Below the pieces are notes generated by a model. That model ran no database searches. It had not been told where the DNA came from and saw only the letters and a program-made list of their open reading frames with translations. A program made the translations under genes and the position numbers. Source: Azolla caroliniana (lineage: Eukaryota; Plantae; Polypodiophyta). Taken from it: a DNA stretch of 12,855 nucleotides. Within the stretch, counting starts at the first letter, position 1. Each line of letters starts with the position of its first letter. This document shows positions 1 to 8,015 of the stretch, in pieces. The DNA lies in assembly GCA_043228905.1 (NCBI GenBank), contig JBHGNT010001023.1:1-12855 (forward strand). Reading direction: 5' to 3'.

Positions 1-261
1 CCTTGATTTTAGGGGAGGTGGGAAGGATGGGTCTTAACTCCCACCTCTACACGAACTACTATGTACCTATCTCTCTCTCTCACGTGGATGTGCGCGCAAA
101 GCACATCACCTTTACACTTTACAAATCCTAAGGTGCATTTCTAGCACCACACTTATCACTATCGACAAATAGAAATACAACATCTTGATGTGCAACGTTG
201 CACATCGCGGGTTTGCTTACTTCGCTCGGTTTTCCGCCTATGGACGAAAATCTTCACGACA
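1..261 (-). repeat. 3' LTR of element A (partial, U3 end)
   Basis: Matches 4301-4561 with no mismatch by eye. Identity stops after ...TCTTCACGACA (minus-strand start TGTCGTGAAGA). Confidence 0.95.
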
Positions 262-273
262 TCCGCCCCCACC
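262..273 (-). other. Polypurine tract of element A
   Basis: Minus strand GGTGGGGGCGGA abuts the TG start of the 3' LTR. Near-identical motif at the same position in element B. Confidence 0.8.
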
Positions 274-3200
274 TAACCGCACATCCACCGGTATGTGCCA
301 AAAGGGGAACAAAACGCGAGATTTTCGGCCAAGGCGGCCAACCGAGCCCTTGACAACCTCGTGGGCTTGCCCGGCTTAGTCTTCCACTTCGAGCAAGTCC
401 ACCCCGTCCACACGAACCACCGTCGCCTTCCGGCCCACCATCTCCGCCGAATGGTCTCGAACCGTCGGCTCCATCCGATCCGCCACACTTGACGACGTTC
501 GCCGAGTCGTTGCCTCCACCCGATCCGCCACGTCCACCGTGTTTCCTCGAACCACCGTCTACATCCGGACCGCCGTTTCCGATGCCCGCGCTTTCTTCCC
601 CGATCGGTCCTCCCGAACGCCGTTGCCGACCCTTTGTCCGCCTCGCATATCCTCCGGATCCGCCTTTTTCGTGCCGCGCACCTCGTCGTGCCGACTCTTC
701 TCGCTCCGCGCTTGCCTTCCGTAGGCTTTCCCCGTACGTCGGTGTCGTCCTCCGAATGCGTGCTCGTGCTTCGGTCCTTCGATGACCCCATCACGCATTT
801 TTCGCCTTCCCTTTGCTTGCCGTGCTCTCTCGCCGTAGAGCATACCATCGTTCCCGTGCTCGTTGCTTGGCCCTCATGCGGCCGCATTGCACGTTTCGCA
901 TTCCGCTCCTCTTCGCGTACCCTTTCGGAAAGGTACCTTTCTTCCCCGACCTCCGTTTCGCTCGGAGGAACACCCTCTTGGCCCTCTTGGCCCGCTCGAC
1001 CGCACACATCCTTCGTGATGTCGTGTTCGTTCTTTTGGGCGCATACATCTTCGTTCTCCGCGACCTCCCGTATGCCTCTCTCGGTGCCTTCATCCGTTGT
1101 GGCCTTCGTCCCCTCGCCGCCACCGTCCGCCACTCTTGGTCTCACGTCGGCACTCGCGCCGACCGCCGGAGTCTCTATAGCCGGTGTGGAGGATCCCTCT
1201 CGGGCCTTATCTTCGTGGCCGCCGGTCTTAGCCTCTCCGTAGGCCACCTCTTCCCACCAATCTTCCCTAGCATCGTGCCAGGTCTTGTCGTCGCCGCCTT
1301 CCTCCTCGTATTCGCCTCTCGAAGGCGTGATCCGACCATCATCTTCGGTCGCTCGATGTGGCTCCTTCGTAGGCATGCTTGTGTCTTGGCCCTCCATCGG
1401 CCGTATTGCATGCATCTCGTCTCGCTCTTCCGCCGTAGACCCGACCTCCGTGTCGGTCTTCTCCTCCTTTGTCGCCGTAGCCCGTTCCGACACGGGCTCG
1501 CCGTCTTGGACCCACCCGTCCACCATCTCGTACCAGATATCCGTTCCGGTAACCTCGTACGCTCCGGCCTCCGACTCCTCGCCGCCACCCGCCGTTTCTC
1601 CGGTCTTATGTTGATCCGCAACCGCCGTAGTCTCTAGAGTGGGTATGGAGGGTCTCGTTTGTTTCCGTTTTTCCCCCGAACCATGGTCGTCGTGCCCGGT
1701 TAGCCTCCATCTCGCGCTTACCGGCTCCCATCGTAACCGTAACCGTAACCGTAACCGTAACCGGCCAATCGGTCTCGCCGGCTTCCTTCGGTTTGGGCCC
1801 GGTTCGCCGGCCCTTACTCTCTTCTTCTTCCGTGCCGTATTCCGGTCGGGTCGGTTCCCGACTCTCTCCTCGTTTCCGCTCCGGTCCTCTCCGTCGGACC
1901 CACCGTATACGCCCATTCCGGGGCCCGCATACTCGTCTTCGTATGCGCTCTCTCCGGGCCTCACCTCCTCACGGTCACCGCCCATCTCTCCGGTCTCACG
2001 TTGGCATTCGAGCACAACCGCCGAAGTCTCCGGCCCCGGTGTCAAGGGGTCTTGCCTCCGTCCGCTCCAATCTTCCTTCTCGTTTCCGTTGCCCGCCTTG
2101 CCGCCGTCACCTCCCGTCGCACTAAGCCTCATGCCGGCACTCGGGCCGGCCATTGGAGCCTCTAGGATTGGTGTGGGTAAGGACCCGGCACCGCCGCTTG
2201 TTGTCTCCGTAGCCGCTTTCGTTCGGACGTCGTTGTCCGCGGCTCCCCCATCTCCGATTCCGTAAGCCTCTAGTATGCTTGCCAAATCCTCGTAGAACGT
2301 TTCGGGCAACCGCGTCCCGAAACTTCCGCCCACTCTCGAAGTGGCGTCCGTCGCTCCGTAGATATCGGCCTCGTCCATGGCCGTTCTTTTTCCCTGAGAT
2401 GAGACGGTCGCTTGCTCCGCACCTTCTCTCGTGTCGACGCCGTGGTCGTCCGCCTTGCCACCGCCACCGCCTTTCACCATAGGTCTTACGCGGGCACTCG
2501 GGCCGGCCGCCGTGATCTCCAGGAATGACGCGTGTAAGGTCGCGGGACCGCCGCTCGTCGATGTAATGTCCGTAGCCACCTCCGCTCGGACGTCGTTGTC
2601 CGTGGCTACCCCGCCTCCGTATATGCAAGCATCGGTTGTGCTTGCCGCCGCCTCTTCCGCGGTCTCCTTACCGTTGTCTCGGTTGCCCGCCTTGCCGCCG
2701 CCACCGTTCTTCTCCCTCGGTCTCTCGCGGGCGCTCGGGCCGGCCGCCGTGGTCTCTCGAACCGGTGCGTGGAAGGTTGCGGTACCGCCGCTTGTCTCCT
2801 CCGTACTCGATGATTCGGGCCACCGTGTCCCGAATCCGCCATGTCCGCTCGAATCGGCGATCGCCGCCTCACCATCCCCGACCTCGTCCTCGGTCGTTCT
2901 TTTCCCCCATGTCGAGAGGGCGGCTCGCTCCGCACCCTCTCCCGTGGTACCGATGTACCATTCTCTTTCGGCCTCCGCATAGGCCCCGTCCTCCATGTGT
3001 GAGGAAGCTCCTTCCTCCGCGTCCTCCGATCCGCTCGGGCCCGACCCCGCAATAAGCCATTCTTCGGCTTCGATTTTCGCCATTACGAGCCCGCACGCCT
3101 CCCGTATTAGCGCTTGTAGGTCGAGCCCCTCCAAACCGGTTCGCGATGAGCTCTCGTCCGGCGGCATGGCGTAGTCGGTCGTCGCTCTCTCTTCTCCCCC

Positions 3201-3836
3201 GCTCGCGGGCCGTGTTGTGGCCGACCGCCTCGCCTCATGTTGCCGACACACCCATTCCACTTCGGGCCACTCCTCGGTGAGACCATGCGCCCCATAATCG
3301 TCTTGAAGCTCGAACATGATGTCCATCCTCTCCTCATGATGGACCGTCTCCAAAAATAGGAGGACTTTGTCCGCCCCCACCGATCTTCGTTCCCACTCCG
3401 AGAGTTGAGAGAAACGACGCTCGAACTCTCGGAATGCCTCTATTGCGCTCCGATGGCGCCTCACCGACGCCACCCACCGATCGAACTCTCGCCGACCTCC
3501 TACCTCCGATTCCGCGCACTCGTATGCCTCCATTAGAGCCCCTTCAAAGGACTCCCACGATTCGTGAGCTTCTTGGAGCTCCTTGACCTCCTCGTACTTT
3601 GATGCGGCCGCCGCTCGACGAAAGAACTCTAGCCTCGTCGCTTCGTCCACGCCCATCCCCGTCATTTCCGCATCGTAGGCTCTCAAAAATTTTGGGACCT
3701 CCTTCCCATCGAACCGGCCGACTAGACGGACCACCCTTTCGACCGCTTGTTGAGCCGCCTCTCGCCTCGCCCTCTTCCGTCCGGCGTCCATCAAGATCTT
3801 TGTCATCATCTCCTCGAAGTCGAAGCCTTCCTCCAT
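273..3836 (-). CDS. gag: 1187-aa Gag-like protein: N-terminal ~200-aa retrotransposon capsid-like domain plus long low-complexity repeat tail
   Basis: Uninterrupted ORF, ATG 20 nt downstream of the PBS. N-terminus has RFDGKEVPKFLRAY...SWESFEGALMEAY, resembling Ty3/Gypsy Gag, and a homologue exists in element B. Tail is G/E/T/A/R-rich. No CCHC, D(T/S)G protease, YxDD or DDE context seen. Confidence 0.8.
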   Translation of the reverse strand: MEEGFDFEEMMTKILMDAGRKRARREAAQQAVERVVRLVGRFDGKEVPKFLRAYDAEMTGMGVDEATRLEFFRRAAAASKYEEVKELQEAHESWESFEGALMEAYECAESEVGGRREFDRWVASVRRHRSAIEAFREFERRFSQLSEWERRSVGADKVLLFLETVHHEERMDIMFELQDDYGAHGLTEEWPEVEWVCRQHEARRSATTRPASGGEERATTDYAMPPDESSSRTGLEGLDLQALIREACGLVMAKIEAEEWLIAGSGPSGSEDAEEGASSHMEDGAYAEAEREWYIGTTGEGAERAALSTWGKRTTEDEVGDGEAAIADSSGHGGFGTRWPESSSTEETSGGTATFHAPVRETTAAGPSARERPREKNGGGGKAGNRDNGKETAEEAAASTTDACIYGGGVATDNDVRAEVATDITSTSGGPATLHASFLEITAAGPSARVRPMVKGGGGGKADDHGVDTREGAEQATVSSQGKRTAMDEADIYGATDATSRVGGSFGTRLPETFYEDLASILEAYGIGDGGAADNDVRTKAATETTSGGAGSLPTPILEAPMAGPSAGMRLSATGGDGGKAGNGNEKEDWSGRRQDPLTPGPETSAVVLECQRETGEMGGDREEVRPGESAYEDEYAGPGMGVYGGSDGEDRSGNEERVGNRPDRNTARKKKRVRAGEPGPNRRKPARPIGRLRLRLRLRLRWEPVSARWRLTGHDDHGSGEKRKQTRPSIPTLETTAVADQHKTGETAGGGEESEAGAYEVTGTDIWYEMVDGWVQDGEPVSERATATKEEKTDTEVGSTAEERDEMHAIRPMEGQDTSMPTKEPHRATEDDGRITPSRGEYEEEGGDDKTWHDAREDWWEEVAYGEAKTGGHEDKAREGSSTPAIETPAVGASADVRPRVADGGGEGTKATTDEGTERGIREVAENEDVCAQKNEHDITKDVCGRAGQEGQEGVPPSETEVGEERYLSERVREEERNAKRAMRPHEGQATSTGTMVCSTAREHGKQREGEKCVMGSSKDRSTSTHSEDDTDVRGKPTEGKRGARRVGTTRCAARKRRIRRICEADKGSATAFGRTDRGRKRGHRKRRSGCRRWFEETRWTWRIGWRQRLGERRQVWRIGWSRRFETIRRRWWAGRRRWFVWTGWTCSKWKTKPGKPTRLSRARLAALAENLAFCSPFGTYRWMCG
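1118..2795 (-). repeat. Dispersed degenerate coding repeat modules (~100-140 bp) in element A tail
   Basis: Recurrent plus-strand core like GGTCTCACG..GGCACTCGGGCCGGCC..GTCTCT..GGTGTG near 1138, 1603, 1992, 2124, 2481 and 2719. Peptide like ETTAAGPSARxRPxxxGGGGGKA. Confidence 0.75.
1732..1761. repeat. (CGTAAC)5 hexanucleotide microsatellite
   Basis: Five perfect units, read as RLRLRLRLRL in the gag ORF. Confidence 0.95.
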
Positions 3837-3856
3837 CTCTTTCTCCCTTGCCGCCC

Positions 3857-3874
3857 TTCACGTCGGGTTCACCA
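3857..3874 (-). other. Primer binding site complementary to tRNA-Trp 3' end
   Basis: Minus strand TGGTGAACCCGACGTGAA, 4 nt from the LTR end. The plus strand TTCACGTCGGGTTCACCA matches my recollection of the 3' 18 nt (with CCA) of plant cytosolic tRNA-Trp. Confidence 0.85.
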
Positions 3875-4096
3875 AAGATGTCGCGTTGTTACGCGCGTGC
3901 GTGGAGAAGGGCGGAACCACGGGGGTCTCGGACTAAGGAGAAGGGGAGAAGGAATAGGACTTCGGAATGGAGCTTAGCACAAGAAGAGGAAGAATGAACA
4001 AGAGGAAGATGGAGGCCAAATGCTCAACAAGATATATTAGAAACGAAAACCGATTACAAAATGGCGGCCGCGTAGGCCGCACCGAACGACTATGAT

Positions 4097-4159
4097 AAAC
4101 CCGAAACCCTAATCCGACGAAGAAGAAAAGAAACCCTAAACGAAACCCTAACCCTAAAA
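4097..4159 (+). promoter_or_regulatory. Telo-box (AAACCCTAA) / plant telomere-like repeat cluster in LTR
   Basis: AAACCCTAA at 4104, 4131 and 4143, plus AAACCCG and AACCCTAAAA variants. Confidence 0.6.
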
Positions 4160-4225
4160 CGAAATGGTATACCTCACTCACACTCAAAAATAAGGCAACC
4201 CCCACAATGGTGCTCTTCCTCTCCC

Positions 4226-4231
4226 TTTATA
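4226..4231 (-). promoter_or_regulatory. Putative LTR TATA box (element A)
   Basis: Minus-strand CTATAAAG in a block conserved with the element B LTR (ctttatagcacaaggag vs ttttatagaacaaggag), oriented toward gag. Confidence 0.65.
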
Positions 4232-4561
4232 GCACAAGGAGGGAAGACCGTTACATAAAGGTGCTACAAAATATCCCCTTTCCATCAATGGGGATATTTC
4301 CCTTGATTTTAGGGGAGGTGGGAAGGATGGGTCTTAACTCCCACCTCTACACGAACTACTATGTACCTATCTCTCTCTCTCACGTGGATGTGCGCGCAAA
4401 GCACATCACCTTTACACTTTACAAATCCTAAGGTGCATTTCTAGCACCACACTTATCACTATCGACAAATAGAAATACAACATCTTGATGTGCAACGTTG
4501 CACATCGCGGGTTTGCTTACTTCGCTCGGTTTTCCGCCTATGGACGAAAATCTTCACGACA

Positions 4562-6813
4562 ACGGTACTATTTCCACCCCGACGCCTGCCAGCACCGCAG
4601 CCCAGCCAACCCACGGCCCCGCCCCGATCCGCGAAACGCAGGTGGGATGAGGAACCCCAACCCTCCCAGCCAGACCCAAGGACAACACCTCCTACTGACC
4701 AGCCGGACACACGGGCGACGCAGAAGGAACAACCCAGACGCTCCATGGAAGCAGCCCCAGAACCAGACACCGAAACACGGCGGGAAAGCCCTAGACCAAA
4801 ACGGCGCAGATTGGACCGGAAAGATGGGCGGGGGTTGGTAAAAAACGCCCCCACGGCACCGGAGGCACCGACCGAAGGCGATGGCTCCGTAGCAGCAGAA
4901 CCGGATACCAGCTTCGAAATCATCCGGGAGCCACGAACGATTATTACGACTCAGTCCCAACGAGGGAAAGTCGTATTGACGGCGGAAAGCAAGGTTTTGC
5001 ATATCCGGATATCCCGGATACGGCCCACGAATTCAACGCCCTCTTGTAGTTTGGTACCTCTTTTGAGCTCATGGAGTTCATAGCAACACAACAGGTCAAA
5101 GCCACCCAACGAATGGCCGAGGAGCATGCGGAACGTCAGATGATCGAGCGCGCCCTAACACAAACAACGGAGAGCGACGATGAGGACTGGCTAGCCATGG
5201 TCGGCAGACAGAGGAACGTCGGGGTACGACGAGTAGGGATGGAGATACCACCCTTCAACACGGCCCTAGTCGAAGTCCATCGGGAATTGGCAAAGGTCAG
5301 CACGGGCACCAAGGAGATGGCCATAAAAAATAAGAATGTCTGGAAGAAGGTTAAACTGACCGAAGCCGAACTACAAAAAGCCAACGCACGCATCACCTAG
5401 TTGGAAGCTCACGCGACTACGGCACAACACGCAACCCCACCACCGAACCACATCATCGACGCTCTAAAAGAAGAAATCGAGGCTCAGACCGCCATCGCCT
5501 CAAAAGCAAAAAGGGCCGTGCAGCTAGCGGAATCCGAAATTGACCGTCTTCGAGCAGAACTACGCCAATCCTCCGACAGAGAAAAGGAGATACGGGCTAA
5601 CGGACGAAAGGCCGTAAAAACTCTTGAAGAGAAACTAGCTACGGAGGTAGCTCAGCACATCCGGACAAAGGACGACAACGCACAATTACGAGAGGACGCG
5701 AAGAGAGCGGAGGCGGCAATCGCAGGACTTTGGACCTTATTAGAAAAAAAGAAGGTATGGTTCGATGAGCAGTTGGTGATCGAACAAGACAGAAGACATC
5801 AGCTCGAAATCCGCCTAAATAATGAGATGGGGAGATTAGAAGAACAACATGCAAAGGAATCTCAACTGTGGGCGGGCCTGAAGGCCACGTATGAGGAAGC
5901 GGCAGCCGTTAAACAGTAGGAAATCGCAAATCTCTAGAAGTCGATGGAAGACGCACGCAACCGCTGCCAGGCCATCACGGATAACGTGCGCATCCTTCTC
6001 CAAACAAACCGGGAAAGGTTCACAACGCAATTGAAAACGGCGATGGACAAAGGATGGATGGTGTGGGCAACCCAAGCAGCGGAATTGCACAGGTATCGAG
6101 CGGACTGGGAGAATCGACGGAAAGATGGCCGAGGTTTTTATAAACTAAATGAGGAGAGCATTGCGACCGTACGGGAGGACCTAGCGCAAGACTATCGTGC
6201 GCTAGCAGACCAACACTCTGAAGAACTCGCACAACTCTTAGATGATTTTGGTGAAAGTCAAGAGGAGCTATTTCACCAGATCACACAAGCCGGCAACACG
6301 CGCACAAACGAGGAACCCATCGCGACACCAATTCCGGTTATAGCCGAAGAAGAGGAACCTCAGGCCCGATCACCAGAGATGACAACGGGGGAGAATAGCG
6401 GGGACCAACGAGCGGAGTTCCCCACAGGACCAGACAGCGAAAGCATTACCCAACAAGAGGTCCAGCCACACGAGCCCACACCATCATCAAACCACGCGGA
6501 AAATAGTGCGGACCAGGCGGAATCCCCGCCCCACTCCCAGGAACATACAAAAACGGCCAACATCGCGGAGGACGTAACAATGGAGGCTGAGCTGCAGCCG
6601 ATTGCAAGCACGCCAACGGCGGAGCCCAACCCACTAACTCAAGAAGAGCCCACCGTACCCGAACCACCCGCACACGGCGATGACGACTCCGGGAGAAACC
6701 AGGCCGACCATGCAGAGGAGCTGCACCACGATGCACCTACGGGCCCTACATCAACACCGGACGAGGACACCACAACAGAGCCGAACATCCGGGCCATTTT
6801 GGAAGAAGATTAA
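4562..6813 (+). pseudogene. Decayed long ORF (Pro-rich linker, coiled-coil, acidic disordered C-terminus), probably an accessory ORF of an older transposable element; cut at its 5' side by element A
   Basis: ORFs 5071-5400, 5401-5919 and 5944-6813 share one frame, separated only by TAG codons (5047, 5398, 5917, 5935). An apparent frameshift near 4980 links them to the frame starting TVLFPPRRLP at 4562. Heptad-like E/K/A/L-rich helices. Confidence 0.65.
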
Positions 6814-7334
6814 CGGGATGGGTCCGACGTGCAAAGGCACTGTCCCACAGGCGTGCCAAGTGTTGTCCGCCGGAATAGTAACTGACGGACAAAAGCGTAG
6901 GAATAAGAAACTATATAAGAGCATAACGCATGTAACGGTTCACATAGGAAGCGTGAATGGCTAATTAGACCCTGCATATATAAAGGGTAGAAAACCTCTT
7001 TTGGAGGTGTGTGTAATTTTGGGAATGTAAAGAACGCCTGATAATAGAATTCTATCTTCTCTGATTTTCTGTGTATAGCTGCGGCTAATTCAGTGTCGGT
7101 GTCTCGGATACTTAAGCGTGGTAGTACATAAGTGTAACCTTTGATAGGGATTCGGTTGTAGCTGTCTTCCCTTATACACGGAGAGGTTATAGGGGTTCTC
7201 CCCTTACGCATTACGCTTAAACCCCTGTTCGTTGTTCCACTCCCACCTTGAGGTCTAGGTCGAAGGACTCACCACGGATCGTGTTCCTAAACGGCAATAA
7301 CAACCTGGATAGCGACAATGACCGGCTCGGAACG

Positions 7335-7385
7335 GATATGCGTGCAGGCCTGAGCTTTTTTCCTCCTTGATATGCGTGCAGGCCT
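7335..7385. repeat. 17-bp direct duplication GATATGCGTGCAGGCCT (7335-7351, 7369-7385)
   Basis: Exact repeat visible in sequence, where the minus-strand protein fragment stops looking protein-like. Confidence 0.85.
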
Positions 7386-8015
7386 TCCCGTAACGCCGAC
7401 CCCATAATGATCCCCTAATTGACCGTACGCCTTTCAAAGGTATCAATGATGATACCTGCCTTCTGCTTGGGCATCCCATATGCGTTTACATGTATGCATC
7501 CGACCTCCAACAAGAACTTGCCGATTGCGCGAAAAAAGGGGTCTGGGATCTCCTTCGTTCTATATGCCTTGGCAGATGACGAACATGGACCGAAATATCT
7601 CTGCAAAGATTCCGCAGGAGGGATTTCGAAGTGCCTTTTACCCAGTGATGACAGGTCAAGCTTTTTTCGGATGGATGTGTTGGTGACCGTGTCCATTGAG
7701 CTTCCTAGCGATGTCCAGGGCTTTAGGGTGGGGAGGTGCCTCGGCGACTCTGATGTATCCATCCAAGCGTTTCTCCATGAGCCATCGACGCAAGGCGGCA
7801 GAAATGGGTATCGACATAGTCGGAATCGGCTCGTGGCTAATGGGTGAGGATTGCTGGCTATGGCGAACTTGGGCTCTGTGATAGGATGGAGAAGAGGGTG
7901 AGGAAGGGGAGTGATAAGAGCGATGACAATTAGAAGGTTGGTTTCTGTATTGTGCAGAAAATCTTCTATTTCCTTCTTTTTGTGCCCTAGGAATCATTGG
8001 TCGGTGAGCCATCAT
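7350..8015 (-). pseudogene. Fragment of a globular plant-transposon accessory-type protein, frameshifted and with an in-frame stop
   Basis: Joining frames gives ...ALRRWLMEKRLDGYIRV.../...LQRYFGPCSSSAKAYRTKEIPDPFFRAIGKFLLEVG...RRTVN*GIIMGSALREGLHAYQGGKKLRP. The YFG...Y...DP...VN(W)G pattern resembles extra ORFs of plant Gypsy elements (unverified). Confidence 0.5.

Larger units (their letters stand above)
1..4561 (-). mobile_element. Element A: non-autonomous Gag-only LTR retrotransposon (Ty3/Gypsy-like, TR-GAG-like); left end outside window
   Basis: Direct repeat 1-261 = 4301-4561. LTR termini TGTCG...CGACA. PBS next to the 3879 end, PPT next to 261. Single gag-like ORF, no pol motifs seen. 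Confidence 0.9.
3879..4561 (-). repeat. 5' LTR of element A (683 bp)
   Basis: Starts TGTCGCG and ends CACGACA on the plus strand. Flanked by the PBS. Both ends align with the ends of the element B LTR. Confidence 0.92.

Noticed and set aside
273-3836. Domesticated host gag gene or env gene
   Set aside because: Flanked by matching LTRs with PBS and PPT, so still part of a mobile unit. No signal peptide or transmembrane segment seen.
3857-3874. tRNA-Trp gene
   Set aside because: Only the 3' 18 nt including CCA are present, next to an LTR; this is a PBS.
489-3997. Many overlapping plus-strand and alternate-frame ORFs of 60-270 aa within element A
   Set aside because: Shadows of GC-rich, stop-poor sequence over the long ORF; no recognisable domains.
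4097-4159. True telomere or interstitial telomeric array
   Set aside because: Only a few scattered units inside an LTR.
4490-5083. 197-aa chimeric gene starting in the LTR
   Set aside because: The start is a non-ATG codon inside the LTR, antisense to the LTR promoter; it is a chance junction with the interrupted ORF.
5047-5937. TAG recoding or U-to-C editing restoring the ORF
   Set aside because: An apparent frameshift and a TE insertion also disrupt the ORF. U-to-C editing is organellar, and C>T decay is simpler.
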